Source of the DNA: Pararhodonellum marinum
GTDB taxonomy: Bacteria > Bacteroidota > Bacteroidia > Cytophagales > Cyclobacteriaceae
DNA: 64,000 nucleotides
NCBI RefSeq assembly: GCF_015354735.1
Contig: NZ_JACEFJ010000019.1
Location: forward strand, 17,093-81,092
Direction: 5' to 3'
In this document: positions 10,069 through 19,476 of the stretch, piece by piece
Numbering within the stretch: position 1 is the stretch's first letter
Layout: each line of letters opens with the position of its first letter
Notes under the pieces: generated by a model
The model's input: only the letters and a program-made list of their open reading frames with translations
Told to the model about the DNA's origin: nothing
Databases searched by the model: none
Translations under genes and position numbers: made by a program

Positions 10069-11142
10069 ATGTGCGTGGCTTGTGATATTGATCCTGCAAA
10101 GGCTGAGGGCTTTGCAGGATCTTTAGTTGAAATGATCAATCAGGGAGCCTTGACCATCATGGTTTCTATGGGTCATCAATTGGGGTTGTTTGATGCCATG
10201 GTGGGATTAGCGCCATCCACTTCGGCTGAAATAGCTGAGAAAACGGGACTGCATGAAAGATATGTCAGAGAATGGCTCAATGCGATGGCTGTTGGAAAGA
10301 TAGTAGAAGTGGACCACAGCTCCACCTATTTTCATCTGCCTCAGGAACATGCCATGTACCTGAGCAGACATTTTCCCGGAGACAACATCGCCTTGTTCTC
10401 TCAATATATTCCTGTTCTGGCCAATGTGGAGCAAAAAGTGCTGCACTGTTTTAAAAATGGGGGAGGCGTCCCTTATGAAGAACATGGCAGATTCCATGAG
10501 GTAATGGCTGAGGATAGTGGCCAAACAATTTTGGGGGCCTTGTTTGACTTCATTCTGCCTTTGATCCCAGGTCTTAAAGAAAAATTAGGGTCAGGAATCA
10601 ATGTCTTGGATATTGGATGTGGTAGTGGAAAAGCGATGGTGATGATGGCAGAGTATTTCCCCAACTCAAATTTTTTAGGAGTGGATTTATGCGAAGAACC
10701 TTTGAGAAATGGAAGACGGGCTGTGGAGCAGAAAGGGTTGAAAAATGTTCGATTTCAACAAGGTGATTTGACCATGTATAAACCTGAGGGGCGTTTTGAT
10801 CTGATTACGGCTTTTGATGCCATACATGATCAAGCAAGGCCTGATCTGGTTTTGAAAACAATTTTTAACTGTCTGGAGGATAACGGCGTGTTTTTGATGC
10901 AGGATATCGATGCTTCAGAGAAAGTCTATAACAATTTGGGTCATCCTTTCGGTAGATTGCTTTACAGCATTTCAACCTTGCATTGTACTACTGTTTCTTT
11001 GGCGCAGGGTGGGATGGGTCTGGGGACCATGTGGGGCACTGAAAGGGCCAACCTGATGCTGAAAGACGCCGGTTTCACTCAAATCCAGGAAAACAGATTG
11101 GATCATGATCCCATGAACTGTTATTTCGTGGTTCAAAAATGA
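10069..11142 (+). CDS. Class I SAM-dependent methyltransferase (O-methyltransferase-like, N-terminal dimerisation/winged-helix region)
   Basis: SAM-binding motif I is VLDIGCGSGKA. An acidic motif II (FDLITAFDAIHD) follows. Confidence 0.7.
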   Translation: MCVACDIDPAKAEGFAGSLVEMINQGALTIMVSMGHQLGLFDAMVGLAPSTSAEIAEKTGLHERYVREWLNAMAVGKIVEVDHSSTYFHLPQEHAMYLSRHFPGDNIALFSQYIPVLANVEQKVLHCFKNGGGVPYEEHGRFHEVMAEDSGQTILGALFDFILPLIPGLKEKLGSGINVLDIGCGSGKAMVMMAEYFPNSNFLGVDLCEEPLRNGRRAVEQKGLKNVRFQQGDLTMYKPEGRFDLITAFDAIHDQARPDLVLKTIFNCLEDNGVFLMQDIDASEKVYNNLGHPFGRLLYSISTLHCTTVSLAQGGMGLGTMWGTERANLMLKDAGFTQIQENRLDHDPMNCYFVVQK

Positions 11143-11246
11143 GATTTCAATCATTTAGAATAGTGCGATACTGACATAATACCATACTGCAAAAACCTGG
11201 GAGTGATTAAAGAGTCGGATGCCATCCGGATCACGGAAGTTTCTTT

Positions 11247-12440
11247 CTACTTGAAAAACCTATAGGAAACCTTTTTCCATATGAATTCGATAGGACCTTG
11301 TTGAAATCTCATCAACCAAAATTTACTGAACATCACTTGAAGCATAAAAAGGAAGATTGCCAATAGGTAAGTTTCGGTAAGTGTGATTTTTCCGAAAAGT
11401 TTCAGTCCGCCTCCTGCGTGGAAAAAAATTAGGATGTAAAAGGCCGTCTGCAACAGATAGTTGGTTAGGGCCATTTTACCGACAGGAACAAATATTGAAA
11501 GCAACTTCCTGAAATAATTCAAATTAAAAAGCTTCATAAACGCTGCGATATAGAAAAGACTTTGCCATACCATCCCTGCAACTATTACAAATGGAAGCCA
11601 AATTAGCGAAAGAGTAAGCTCCAATGCGCCAATGGAAAGGAGATAAAACAAATAACTGGCTCCAATTCCAACAATGATTCCCCCGTAAATGATCGGTTTG
11701 AAGTATTTACTAAACCGCTCAGGCTGTTCGAAAAACAAACTTTTTCCTAACCAGAAACCTAGCAGGATATTGCCAAAAGAAAACACAAAGGTCAAGATGG
11801 AATCATTGAAAAAGTTGACCATAGGATCAATGGTCGCATTGATTTTCAAGTATCGCCACCATGAATTGGTGACTGGGAGTTCGGTTGACAGTGAATGGTC
11901 ATATGGGTAATCAGGTAAGCCTAAGATCCCATTGATGATGAATACCGAGGCTGTTAAAAAGACATTAAAGAATAGAGCTACTTTAAGAATCTTTTTCACC
12001 GGCCAGTGAAATACAAACAACAATAAACTACCACAAATAGCATAATAGCGGATGATATCTCCAAACCAAAAAAAGTAAGCATGAACACTTCCTATCAAGA
12101 GGAGCAGCAACATCCGGATCAGGAAATAGGATTTAAAATCAGCACCTTTTTCCAATGTCCGCTTCATTTGTATGTAAAAACCAAAACCAAAAAGGATTCC
12201 GAATATGGTAATGAATTTTTTATCGATAAAAAGATGGAATAATGTATTCAATATTTCATCTGAAATTGATGAGCCAATATGAAAGTTTCGAGTCTCGTAA
12301 ATTTCGGTTGAATCAGGCATGTAAGGAATATTTGCGATAAGAATTCCGAAAAGGGCAAGTCCCCTTAAGGCATCTACCACCGATAATCTGGTAGTGTTCG
12401 GTTTTTGAAGTTCTACAATCATAATTTTTTGGTTGCTCAA
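11247..12440 (-). CDS. DUF418/YeiB-like membrane protein
   Basis: The N-terminal RLSVVDALRGLALFGILIANIPYM signature of the DUF418 family, followed by many TM helices. Confidence 0.65.
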   Translation of the reverse strand: MSNQKIMIVELQKPNTTRLSVVDALRGLALFGILIANIPYMPDSTEIYETRNFHIGSSISDEILNTLFHLFIDKKFITIFGILFGFGFYIQMKRTLEKGADFKSYFLIRMLLLLLIGSVHAYFFWFGDIIRYYAICGSLLLFVFHWPVKKILKVALFFNVFLTASVFIINGILGLPDYPYDHSLSTELPVTNSWWRYLKINATIDPMVNFFNDSILTFVFSFGNILLGFWLGKSLFFEQPERFSKYFKPIIYGGIIVGIGASYLFYLLSIGALELTLSLIWLPFVIVAGMVWQSLFYIAAFMKLFNLNYFRKLLSIFVPVGKMALTNYLLQTAFYILIFFHAGGGLKLFGKITLTETYLLAIFLFMLQVMFSKFWLMRFQQGPIEFIWKKVSYRFFK

Positions 12441-12595
12441 AATTATGATCAGGTTTGTCGAAATGTGTTTTTTGTCATTTCTAAATCAATGAAGTCTAAA
12501 AAGATGGTGTTGAAGTATGGAAATTATCGTTCTATACTTTAATTTTACTGATACCATTTTTTAATTTTCCAATCATTTTCGATAATCGACCAAGA

Positions 12596-13414
12596 ATGAA
12601 AAATGTCCGAAAATCCCTTTTACTGGTTTTGGTCAGTTTTCTCATTGCAGTTTTTTTTGTTTTAATAGGAAGGGAATCATGGGATTGGGGGCTCTTTTTG
12701 AAGGGAATGTTTTATTTTGATATTGGATGCGTTACTTTAATTGTGTTGACTGTCCTTAGTTTTTTGGTTTGGCAAGATGGAAGGCTAAATCAAAAGTTTT
12801 CATGGTTCGATAGTTTTTGGAAGCGGTTGTCTCATCAGTTCTTATTTGGGGTAATGGTCCCAGTCTTTATGTCTATCGCTTTGGTATACTTTTACATGGA
12901 ATTTGTCCTTGGTTATAACATTTTCAACACTACCTATTTTTCTTATGAGCTGCCTATTTCAGTAGTATTTTTCGTATTGATTAATCTGGTTCTTGGTATC
13001 ATTTATTTATTGGAAAACAGGGAAACAATTTCTGAAAAAGAGAAGCTACAGGAATCAAATACTGACAAAAGACTTCAACCGATATTGGCACATAAAGGCA
13101 AGAATAAAGTAATCATTGACCAAGAGAAAATCCAATTGGTAGAGAAAATCGGAGTTGCCAATATCATTTTCTGCAACCCATTGGGTCAATTTATTTTTCA
13201 GGGCTCATTGGAGGATTTGGATGGATTATTGAATCCTCAATTGTTTTTTAGAGCAAATAGACAGGCCATTGTTTACCGGGAAAACTGCAAAAGTTTTCTT
13301 ACCGAACGTTCGGGAAAGGTCATTTTGAGTTTAAAGTGTCCAGATTCTAAACAGCTGACAATCAGTCAAAAGAAGGCTAAAGAATTTAAATCTTGGTTGA
13401 TTAAAAAAATTTGA
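12596..13414 (+). CDS. LytTR-family DNA-binding protein with N-terminal membrane domain
   Basis: N-terminal TM helices plus a C-terminal LytTR-like segment (ILAHKGKNKVIIDQEKIQLVEKIGVANIIF ... FFRANRQAIV). Confidence 0.65.
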   Translation: MKNVRKSLLLVLVSFLIAVFFVLIGRESWDWGLFLKGMFYFDIGCVTLIVLTVLSFLVWQDGRLNQKFSWFDSFWKRLSHQFLFGVMVPVFMSIALVYFYMEFVLGYNIFNTTYFSYELPISVVFFVLINLVLGIIYLLENRETISEKEKLQESNTDKRLQPILAHKGKNKVIIDQEKIQLVEKIGVANIIFCNPLGQFIFQGSLEDLDGLLNPQLFFRANRQAIVYRENCKSFLTERSGKVILSLKCPDSKQLTISQKKAKEFKSWLIKKI

Positions 13415-13529
13415 AAAAAAACCATACCTCAGATTGAAGTTTCCATACTTCACTTTGAAGGAGGCCAAGTAACGGTATTTTTTGGGCGAATAAGCCGAAT
13501 TTTGGACCGATATAGGTTTCAGAAATACT

Positions 13530-14405
13530 TTGAAAATGGCTATATGGCCGATGTCCTCATTTAATTTTATGTTAATCAAAATGAAGTCTACCACTATTAT
13601 TTTCATCTTGTTGGCATTGAGTGTCAATCTCGGTTTCTCCCAGGAAGAAGGAAAGAAAAACAGTCTAGGTTTAAGCTTGGGCTATGCACAGCTCCAAAGG
13701 CAGGATTTGATTTTCTCGCCATTCGTCCACCGTGATACATCTTTTCCTTCGGTGGGAATCCATTTTGAAAGGAGGTCAAAATTATACCATAAAGTGGCTG
13801 TCAATTATGTGAATTTTGACCCGATGCTTGATGGTCCCTTTGATTTTTTTCTTGATGGGGAGCAAGAGACCGCTTACCCGCACTCCCTTAATTTTGTCGA
13901 TCTGGATTATCTGATAGGGAAAAGTAAAATGATCAATGACCGGTCTTCCATTATTAAGGGAGTGTTGTTCAGTACCAATATTCAGGCTTTGAATTATGTG
14001 TATGGAAGGATCAGCAGTTTTGGATATTTAGCTACAATTGGTCTCGGGATTTTCGGGAATTATGAATATGATTTGAATGAAAGGAACACACTGTCGGTAT
14101 CTCTGCGGCTTCCTCTTGTTTTTTGGAAAGCTAGATCTCCTTATCTGGTCAACGATGACGAATTTATTGAGAACATCAGTAGTCATTCTGGCTTAAAAAC
14201 CTTTGCGGCTTTTTTGGGAGATGGCAAACCTGTGACTTTGAATAGGATCCAACAATTTGATTTAATGATGAAATATTCCTACCAAGTCAATGAAAGATGG
14301 GGTATCGGGGCTACTTATTGGTTGGAGTTCATCCATTCAAATGATCCTAGGGGATTGCTGTCCTTTAGGAACACACTCAATTTTTCAGGCACTTATTTAT
14401 TTTGA
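13530..14405 (+). CDS. Hypothetical outer-membrane beta-barrel-like protein
   Basis: Signal peptide (start probably at 13587, MKSTTIIFILLALSVNLGFSQ). Alternating amphipathic strands, with a terminal aromatic (YLF). Confidence 0.4.
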   Translation: MKMAIWPMSSFNFMLIKMKSTTIIFILLALSVNLGFSQEEGKKNSLGLSLGYAQLQRQDLIFSPFVHRDTSFPSVGIHFERRSKLYHKVAVNYVNFDPMLDGPFDFFLDGEQETAYPHSLNFVDLDYLIGKSKMINDRSSIIKGVLFSTNIQALNYVYGRISSFGYLATIGLGIFGNYEYDLNERNTLSVSLRLPLVFWKARSPYLVNDDEFIENISSHSGLKTFAAFLGDGKPVTLNRIQQFDLMMKYSYQVNERWGIGATYWLEFIHSNDPRGLLSFRNTLNFSGTYLF

Positions 14406-14408
14406 GAT

Positions 14409-15428
14409 ATGAATACATTATTGAAATACCTTACGTCATTGGTCCTGTTCATAGGAATGGCAGCTTGTGAGCCAATGTTTACTGAACAACCTTCAATGGA
14501 CCCAGAAGCTATTTTTGAAAATCTCTGGACAACATTTCTTCAGGAATACGCCCCATTTGAAGAAAGAAATGTGGATTGGGAAATGGAGTATTCCCGTTTT
14601 AGACCAATGATCAATTCCTCTACATCGGATGAAGAATTGTTTGATGTTATATCGGATTTGTTGGAAACATTAGATGATGGACATGTCAGCCTGACCGCTC
14701 CAGGTAAGGAGATATATTTTGCCAATCGTATCAGACGGGAGAAAATTGATGAAGGTCTTTTTGATTTGGATGTCATCCAGAACAATTACCTCGAAAACAT
14801 CAGAATGGATGAAGACCAAAGCTACATTTACGGTAAAATCAAAAATGAGAATATCGGATACATTTTCTTTGATTTTGTTGGGGATAACTTTTTCCGTATG
14901 CATGATTTTCTGAATGAATTTGAAAATGCAGATGGATTGATCATTGACCTTCGTCACAATCAGGGTGGAGATTTTACGTATGCTTTTTCCGAAATCGGCA
15001 GGTTGACAGATCAGAGAAGGTTTGTTTTTAAGAGCAAAACCAAAAATGGTAAAGGGAAAGATGATTTTACACCTTGGTTTGATTGGTATCTCAATCCCTC
15101 AGGAAATTACCTCGAAATCCCCATTGTTGTCCTTACGGATCGGTTTACCATCAGTGCGGGGGAACGGGCTGTAATGGCATTCATGACTATTCCCAATGCA
15201 ATCACACTTGGAGATACTACTAACGGTGCCCACGGAACCATGATCGGGAGAGAATTGGCCAATGGCTGGTTTTACTCATTGGTGCCTCAAAAGGTGGAAT
15301 TGTTTGATGGGAAAAATTATGAAGGCATTGGTTTGCCTCCGGACATTTTTTTCAAGAATAAGCTGGAAGATGTGGTCTCAGGAAAGGATGAGCTGTTAGA
15401 AAATGCCATAAGTAGACTAAACAATTAA
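14409..15428 (+). CDS. S41 family peptidase
   Basis: LIIDLRHNQGGDF is the S41 signature, and the Ser nucleophile region FTISAGERAV is present. There is also a signal peptide. Confidence 0.7.
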   Translation: MNTLLKYLTSLVLFIGMAACEPMFTEQPSMDPEAIFENLWTTFLQEYAPFEERNVDWEMEYSRFRPMINSSTSDEELFDVISDLLETLDDGHVSLTAPGKEIYFANRIRREKIDEGLFDLDVIQNNYLENIRMDEDQSYIYGKIKNENIGYIFFDFVGDNFFRMHDFLNEFENADGLIIDLRHNQGGDFTYAFSEIGRLTDQRRFVFKSKTKNGKGKDDFTPWFDWYLNPSGNYLEIPIVVLTDRFTISAGERAVMAFMTIPNAITLGDTTNGAHGTMIGRELANGWFYSLVPQKVELFDGKNYEGIGLPPDIFFKNKLEDVVSGKDELLENAISRLNN

Positions 15429-15660
15429 CTCAAGTATGATGTTGAAACCATCTATTATATTTAGGATAAGGTAATTTTTTTTATGACAATAATTCAAAAT
15501 GATTTCTGAGTATCCTTAAATCTCAGGATTGTATCAATTAATTGGGTCAAAAATCATCCGGCAAGCCTTCCCGATGCTGAGGGGCTCGAGGAAAGGGGGT
15601 TAGGCCGGGGAAATTTTTAAATCCAATGCAACCAAACTATAGGGATTTGTATCTTTTTCA

Positions 15661-16353
15661 ATGAAACCCCATCGTAAAAGCATGCTTGTCCACAGACCAA
15701 AAAAAATCCTTCTTCTAGGTGCCACAGGCAGAACAGGAAAAGAAGTGCTCAAAGAAGCTTTGGAGCATGGATGCAAGGTGAATGTATTGGTTCGAGATGC
15801 CCAACAAATCCATGATCAACACCGAGACCTGCGGGTATTTGAAGGGGATACCAGAGTACCCGCTGACCTCAGAAAATCTATTGCTGGCTGTGAGGCTGTT
15901 ATCAGCTGTTTGAATATATCCAGAAAAAACGATTTTCCATGGGCTCCGCTGAGAACACCTGAATACTTTCTTTCCATGACCATGAAAAGCCTAATTGCAG
16001 TCTGTAAGGAAGAGGGAGTCAAAAGGCTTATCTTCACATCAGCTTGGGGAGTAGGGGATAGCCGACCCCATATTCCTGGCTGGTTTGCTTGGATCATAGA
16101 TAATAGCAATCTCTCCGCGGCTTATTTGGAGCACGAAAGGCAGGAGGCTTTAATTAGTCAATCAGGCTTGGATTGGACCGTCATACGACCTGTGGGGCTA
16201 ACAAATAGTAAGACAAAAAAGGTTGTAAATGTTGTCTTGAACCATGAAAAAAAGCCCTCTTATACCATTAGCAGAAGATCTACAGCCTCTTTTATCCTAG
16301 CATCTTTGATGGATCGGAAATATATCCATACCTACCCCGTTATTTATTCTTGA
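15661..16353 (+). CDS. NAD(P)H-binding protein (atypical SDR / NmrA-like)
   Basis: Rossmann motif ILLLGATGRTGKEVL at the N-terminus. Confidence 0.7.
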   Translation: MKPHRKSMLVHRPKKILLLGATGRTGKEVLKEALEHGCKVNVLVRDAQQIHDQHRDLRVFEGDTRVPADLRKSIAGCEAVISCLNISRKNDFPWAPLRTPEYFLSMTMKSLIAVCKEEGVKRLIFTSAWGVGDSRPHIPGWFAWIIDNSNLSAAYLEHERQEALISQSGLDWTVIRPVGLTNSKTKKVVNVVLNHEKKPSYTISRRSTASFILASLMDRKYIHTYPVIYS

Positions 16354-16531
16354 AGATAATTGAAATTCCTGCCTGGGGCTTGGGGAATAAGCAAAAAAAA
16401 TGGAGAACGTCCGTCAGGTGTTCTCCTTGTTTTCTTCCATTAAAAAATCCGTCGTTGGTTTAAGGATGCTGTTCTTTACATTTACTTGTAATTGAGAATC
16501 TAGTTACAATCCCAATTAGAAGTCACTTAAT

Positions 16532-16729
16532 TTACCCTAAAGCTGTCTTCGGGTCATCAAAACCCCAACTGGCATGAAGTCTGTCAACTTTATGCTTCAA
16601 TTTTTGGTATTTTGTCATGTAAGGAAAGGCCTCTTTATTGTTGGCTTTGTTTTGAAAAGCGTTGGACTCATTATGATCTTGTCCATCGGCATGTTGCAAT
16701 TCCCAGTTGTTTTTGCTTCTGTTTTCCAT
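16532..16729 (-). CDS. Small hydrophilic hypothetical protein (65 aa)
   Basis: An ORF only, in a 1.1-kb low-density region. It has a charged composition and no motif. Confidence 0.25.
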   Translation of the reverse strand: MENRSKNNWELQHADGQDHNESNAFQNKANNKEAFPYMTKYQKLKHKVDRLHASWGFDDPKTALG

Positions 16730-17446
16730 GGTTGGTCTCTAGTTAGTTGTAGTTGGTTATGGTTATTTACTTTTACAAATTTGCAAATTATATGCCCAAG
16801 CATCATTACATCATCTCCAGAATTGCTTATAAAATTTACAGGTTAAATAACCATCTCGTTTAATTATTTCGAGATAAAATTTGGATTATCATTGATTTTG
16901 ATATTACTAAAAGAAGAAATGCAAAGTTTTTATTTTTGAGAATTTTGGTGAAAATCCAGAGTGGATACCCAATACCGCAAAGAAAATAAAATTGGGCTGG
17001 ATGGGGATTGAGTGGTTTGGTCGGTGAATTTTTGGGAAAAACAGTAATACGGAGTTGTATTTTTTTTGGTAAAACACCCCTTGAATTTCAACTTACTTAT
17101 AGTATTCAGCGGCTCGAAAATTATTAAGATTAGGATTTAAAACTGATATGCCAATTAGTTCATTAAAATGATCATTTCGTCATGGTTTTAGCCATGTTTT
17201 ATGGGTCAAATTTTTTCTTTTAGTCCTGGATTTCAGTTATGAATCAAATTCATATTGGGTATTTTTTACAACATTTTGTAGATTTCTACCAATAGGACAA
17301 GACTGGAAATTTGGATTGGTCTTTTAGCAATTGGTTAAGCATTTGCATCAAACAAACCTGAAGGTGAACTTGGTTAAATTCCGATTTCCAAGAATGAGAT
17401 CCGATGAATAATTTTTATGTCGTAAGAAAAATCCGCTCACTAATTT

Positions 17447-17490
17447 AAATGCCCATAGAAACCAAAAGGCATTCCATGGGCATTTTTTAT
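17447..17490. terminator. Stem-loop with T-tract at the 3' end of the cytochrome gene / end of a long intergenic region
   Basis: AAATGCCCAT ... ATGGGCATTT (a 9-10 bp stem) followed by TTTTTTAT on the + strand. Confidence 0.4.
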
Positions 17491-19469
17491 CTTAAAGAAT
17501 TGATATAGGCGGCGATTTTCAGGGCTTCCTCTTTGGGTACCTGAGGCATAGGAGGCATAGGGGTCGCATAATCAGGCCAGTTTTCGGGCTTGGGGTAATA
17601 AATCAGTTCCACGATCTGTTCATTGGTATACCTCCTTTTTGCAATGTCGGTATATGAGGGACCCACTTGTTTTTTATCCGCTGCATGGCATGCTGTACAG
17701 GTGTTTTTGGCCAGTAGCGCATTGACTACCTCCAAAGAAGGCACTTCATCGCCTTTGGGAGCTTCTGGCTTTACTACAGCAGTACTGGAAGCTGTGAGGG
17801 GCTTTTTGGTTGCTGCTGCTTTCTTGGCGGCTTCTTCCTCTTGTTTTTTTCTTTCTTCAGCGGAATTGAACTGGCTGACTTCAGCAAGCGTCAATTTGTT
17901 GCCTTCAGGAATGTTGTTTAGGGTGTAATAAGCCGTAGGATGCACCAGTGAATGAAATTCCAATTTTTCTCTCAATCCATCTAAAGAGAGCTTGTGGATG
18001 TAATATCTCCTGAGGTTCTCCACGAGGATCCGGACTTTCTTTCCATCCTCAGATAATTTTACTCCGGTTATGGGGTTGTCCAAGATGTTTACCGGAGGGC
18101 TGCCGTAAACTGGGGTGTACTTGTATGTGAAACTTTGGACGGCATAGGAAGCAAGATCCTCCGCTGATTTTGGATCTACGGGTTTGGTAAATTCAATTTC
18201 AAATCCATCAGGCATGGACTTGATGTTTCTCATTTCAAACGGCAGTTCATTATTCCAAACCATCCGTTGTAATCCTTCGTTGGCTTCCCCGGCAGAACCC
18301 CAACCCCGGTTGGTTTCTCCAACGAAGAGGGACTGGTCAGGGCCAAACACCATTCTTAACACACCGGATTGAAAACCGCTTCTGAAATCTATGGAAGCCC
18401 CCTGGTATTCCCCATTGACTTCTTCCAACATAATCCGCATGATCTTACTTTGCCCTTGATCACCTACTAGGATCTGCCCTTCAAATGGCCCCAGATGTCC
18501 TTTGGGTATCTGCAGAGGCTCGGCATTGGAGATGCCATGGATACCGTGGGGCAGCCAAACGGCCGGCAGCTTCAGTTCCTTGATCTTTTCTTTGGCTTGG
18601 TACATGGTCACAAATTCCTCATCGATGATGTTTTCCGGCTTGATGTATCGGCCGTTTTCATTTTTAACTTTACGTGGATCCACCACCACATCAAACTGTG
18701 CGGCAGTGAGTTGAAGGGGAGAGCCTTCGACACCTGTCCAGGCAAGACCGGCTGGATGACCGGTAAAATCCCCTTTTTCTAAATGCCACAGCCCGCCCGA
18801 ACCGATATAATCACCCTGGTTTTCGGTGTAAAACAGCTTCCCGTCAATCATTCCAAGGCCGGCAGGAGAGCGCATGCCCGTGGCAAAAGGCTCCATTTTT
18901 CCATCGGGAGAAATCTTCATGACCCAACCCCGGTATGGAACCCTGCTTTCTCCCCGCCACCATTCTTCATTCCCAAAAGCAACATTACCGGAAACATAGA
19001 AATTTCCTTCCTGATCCATCACTGGACCAAAGCTGTATTCATGGTAATGCCCGGAAATGGGCCACGAAAAAATGGTTTCATAGGTGTCGGCGAGACCATC
19101 CTGTGTGGTATCAGTCAACTTGGTCAATTCGCCTCTTTGCGCACAATACCATGAACCGTCCTTGTAGGTCAATCCCAAAATTTCATGCAGTCCTGTAGCA
19201 AATTTACGGAAATAAGGCCTTGGACTACTGGGATTTTCTACCATAAAGACATCTCCACGACGGGTAGCTACACCCAGCGTGCCTTGGTCAGAAAAGGCCA
19301 GACCACCCACTTCGAGCAAAGTGCCTTCCGGTGAACTGACTTTCATGATTTTGAAATAATCCTCTTCCATAGGTGATTCCTGTCCAAGGGCAGAAAAAGC
19401 AACCAAAGCAAAACAACTAAAAGAGAGGAAGGTATTGAAATATGTTTTTGAGGTCTTCATGGGTGTCAT
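17487..19469 (-). CDS. Secreted beta-propeller (PQQ-dependent sugar dehydrogenase-like) fused to a C-terminal c-type cytochrome domain
   Basis: Signal peptide. A Lys/Ala/Glu-rich linker. A single CxxCH haem motif (CTACH) near the C-terminus. The N-terminal ~450 aa are G/W-rich as in propellers. Confidence 0.55.
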   Translation of the reverse strand: MTPMKTSKTYFNTFLSFSCFALVAFSALGQESPMEEDYFKIMKVSSPEGTLLEVGGLAFSDQGTLGVATRRGDVFMVENPSSPRPYFRKFATGLHEILGLTYKDGSWYCAQRGELTKLTDTTQDGLADTYETIFSWPISGHYHEYSFGPVMDQEGNFYVSGNVAFGNEEWWRGESRVPYRGWVMKISPDGKMEPFATGMRSPAGLGMIDGKLFYTENQGDYIGSGGLWHLEKGDFTGHPAGLAWTGVEGSPLQLTAAQFDVVVDPRKVKNENGRYIKPENIIDEEFVTMYQAKEKIKELKLPAVWLPHGIHGISNAEPLQIPKGHLGPFEGQILVGDQGQSKIMRIMLEEVNGEYQGASIDFRSGFQSGVLRMVFGPDQSLFVGETNRGWGSAGEANEGLQRMVWNNELPFEMRNIKSMPDGFEIEFTKPVDPKSAEDLASYAVQSFTYKYTPVYGSPPVNILDNPITGVKLSEDGKKVRILVENLRRYYIHKLSLDGLREKLEFHSLVHPTAYYTLNNIPEGNKLTLAEVSQFNSAEERKKQEEEAAKKAAATKKPLTASSTAVVKPEAPKGDEVPSLEVVNALLAKNTCTACHAADKKQVGPSYTDIAKRRYTNEQIVELIYYPKPENWPDYATPMPPMPQVPKEEALKIAAYINSLR

Positions 19470-19476
19470 CTATCAA

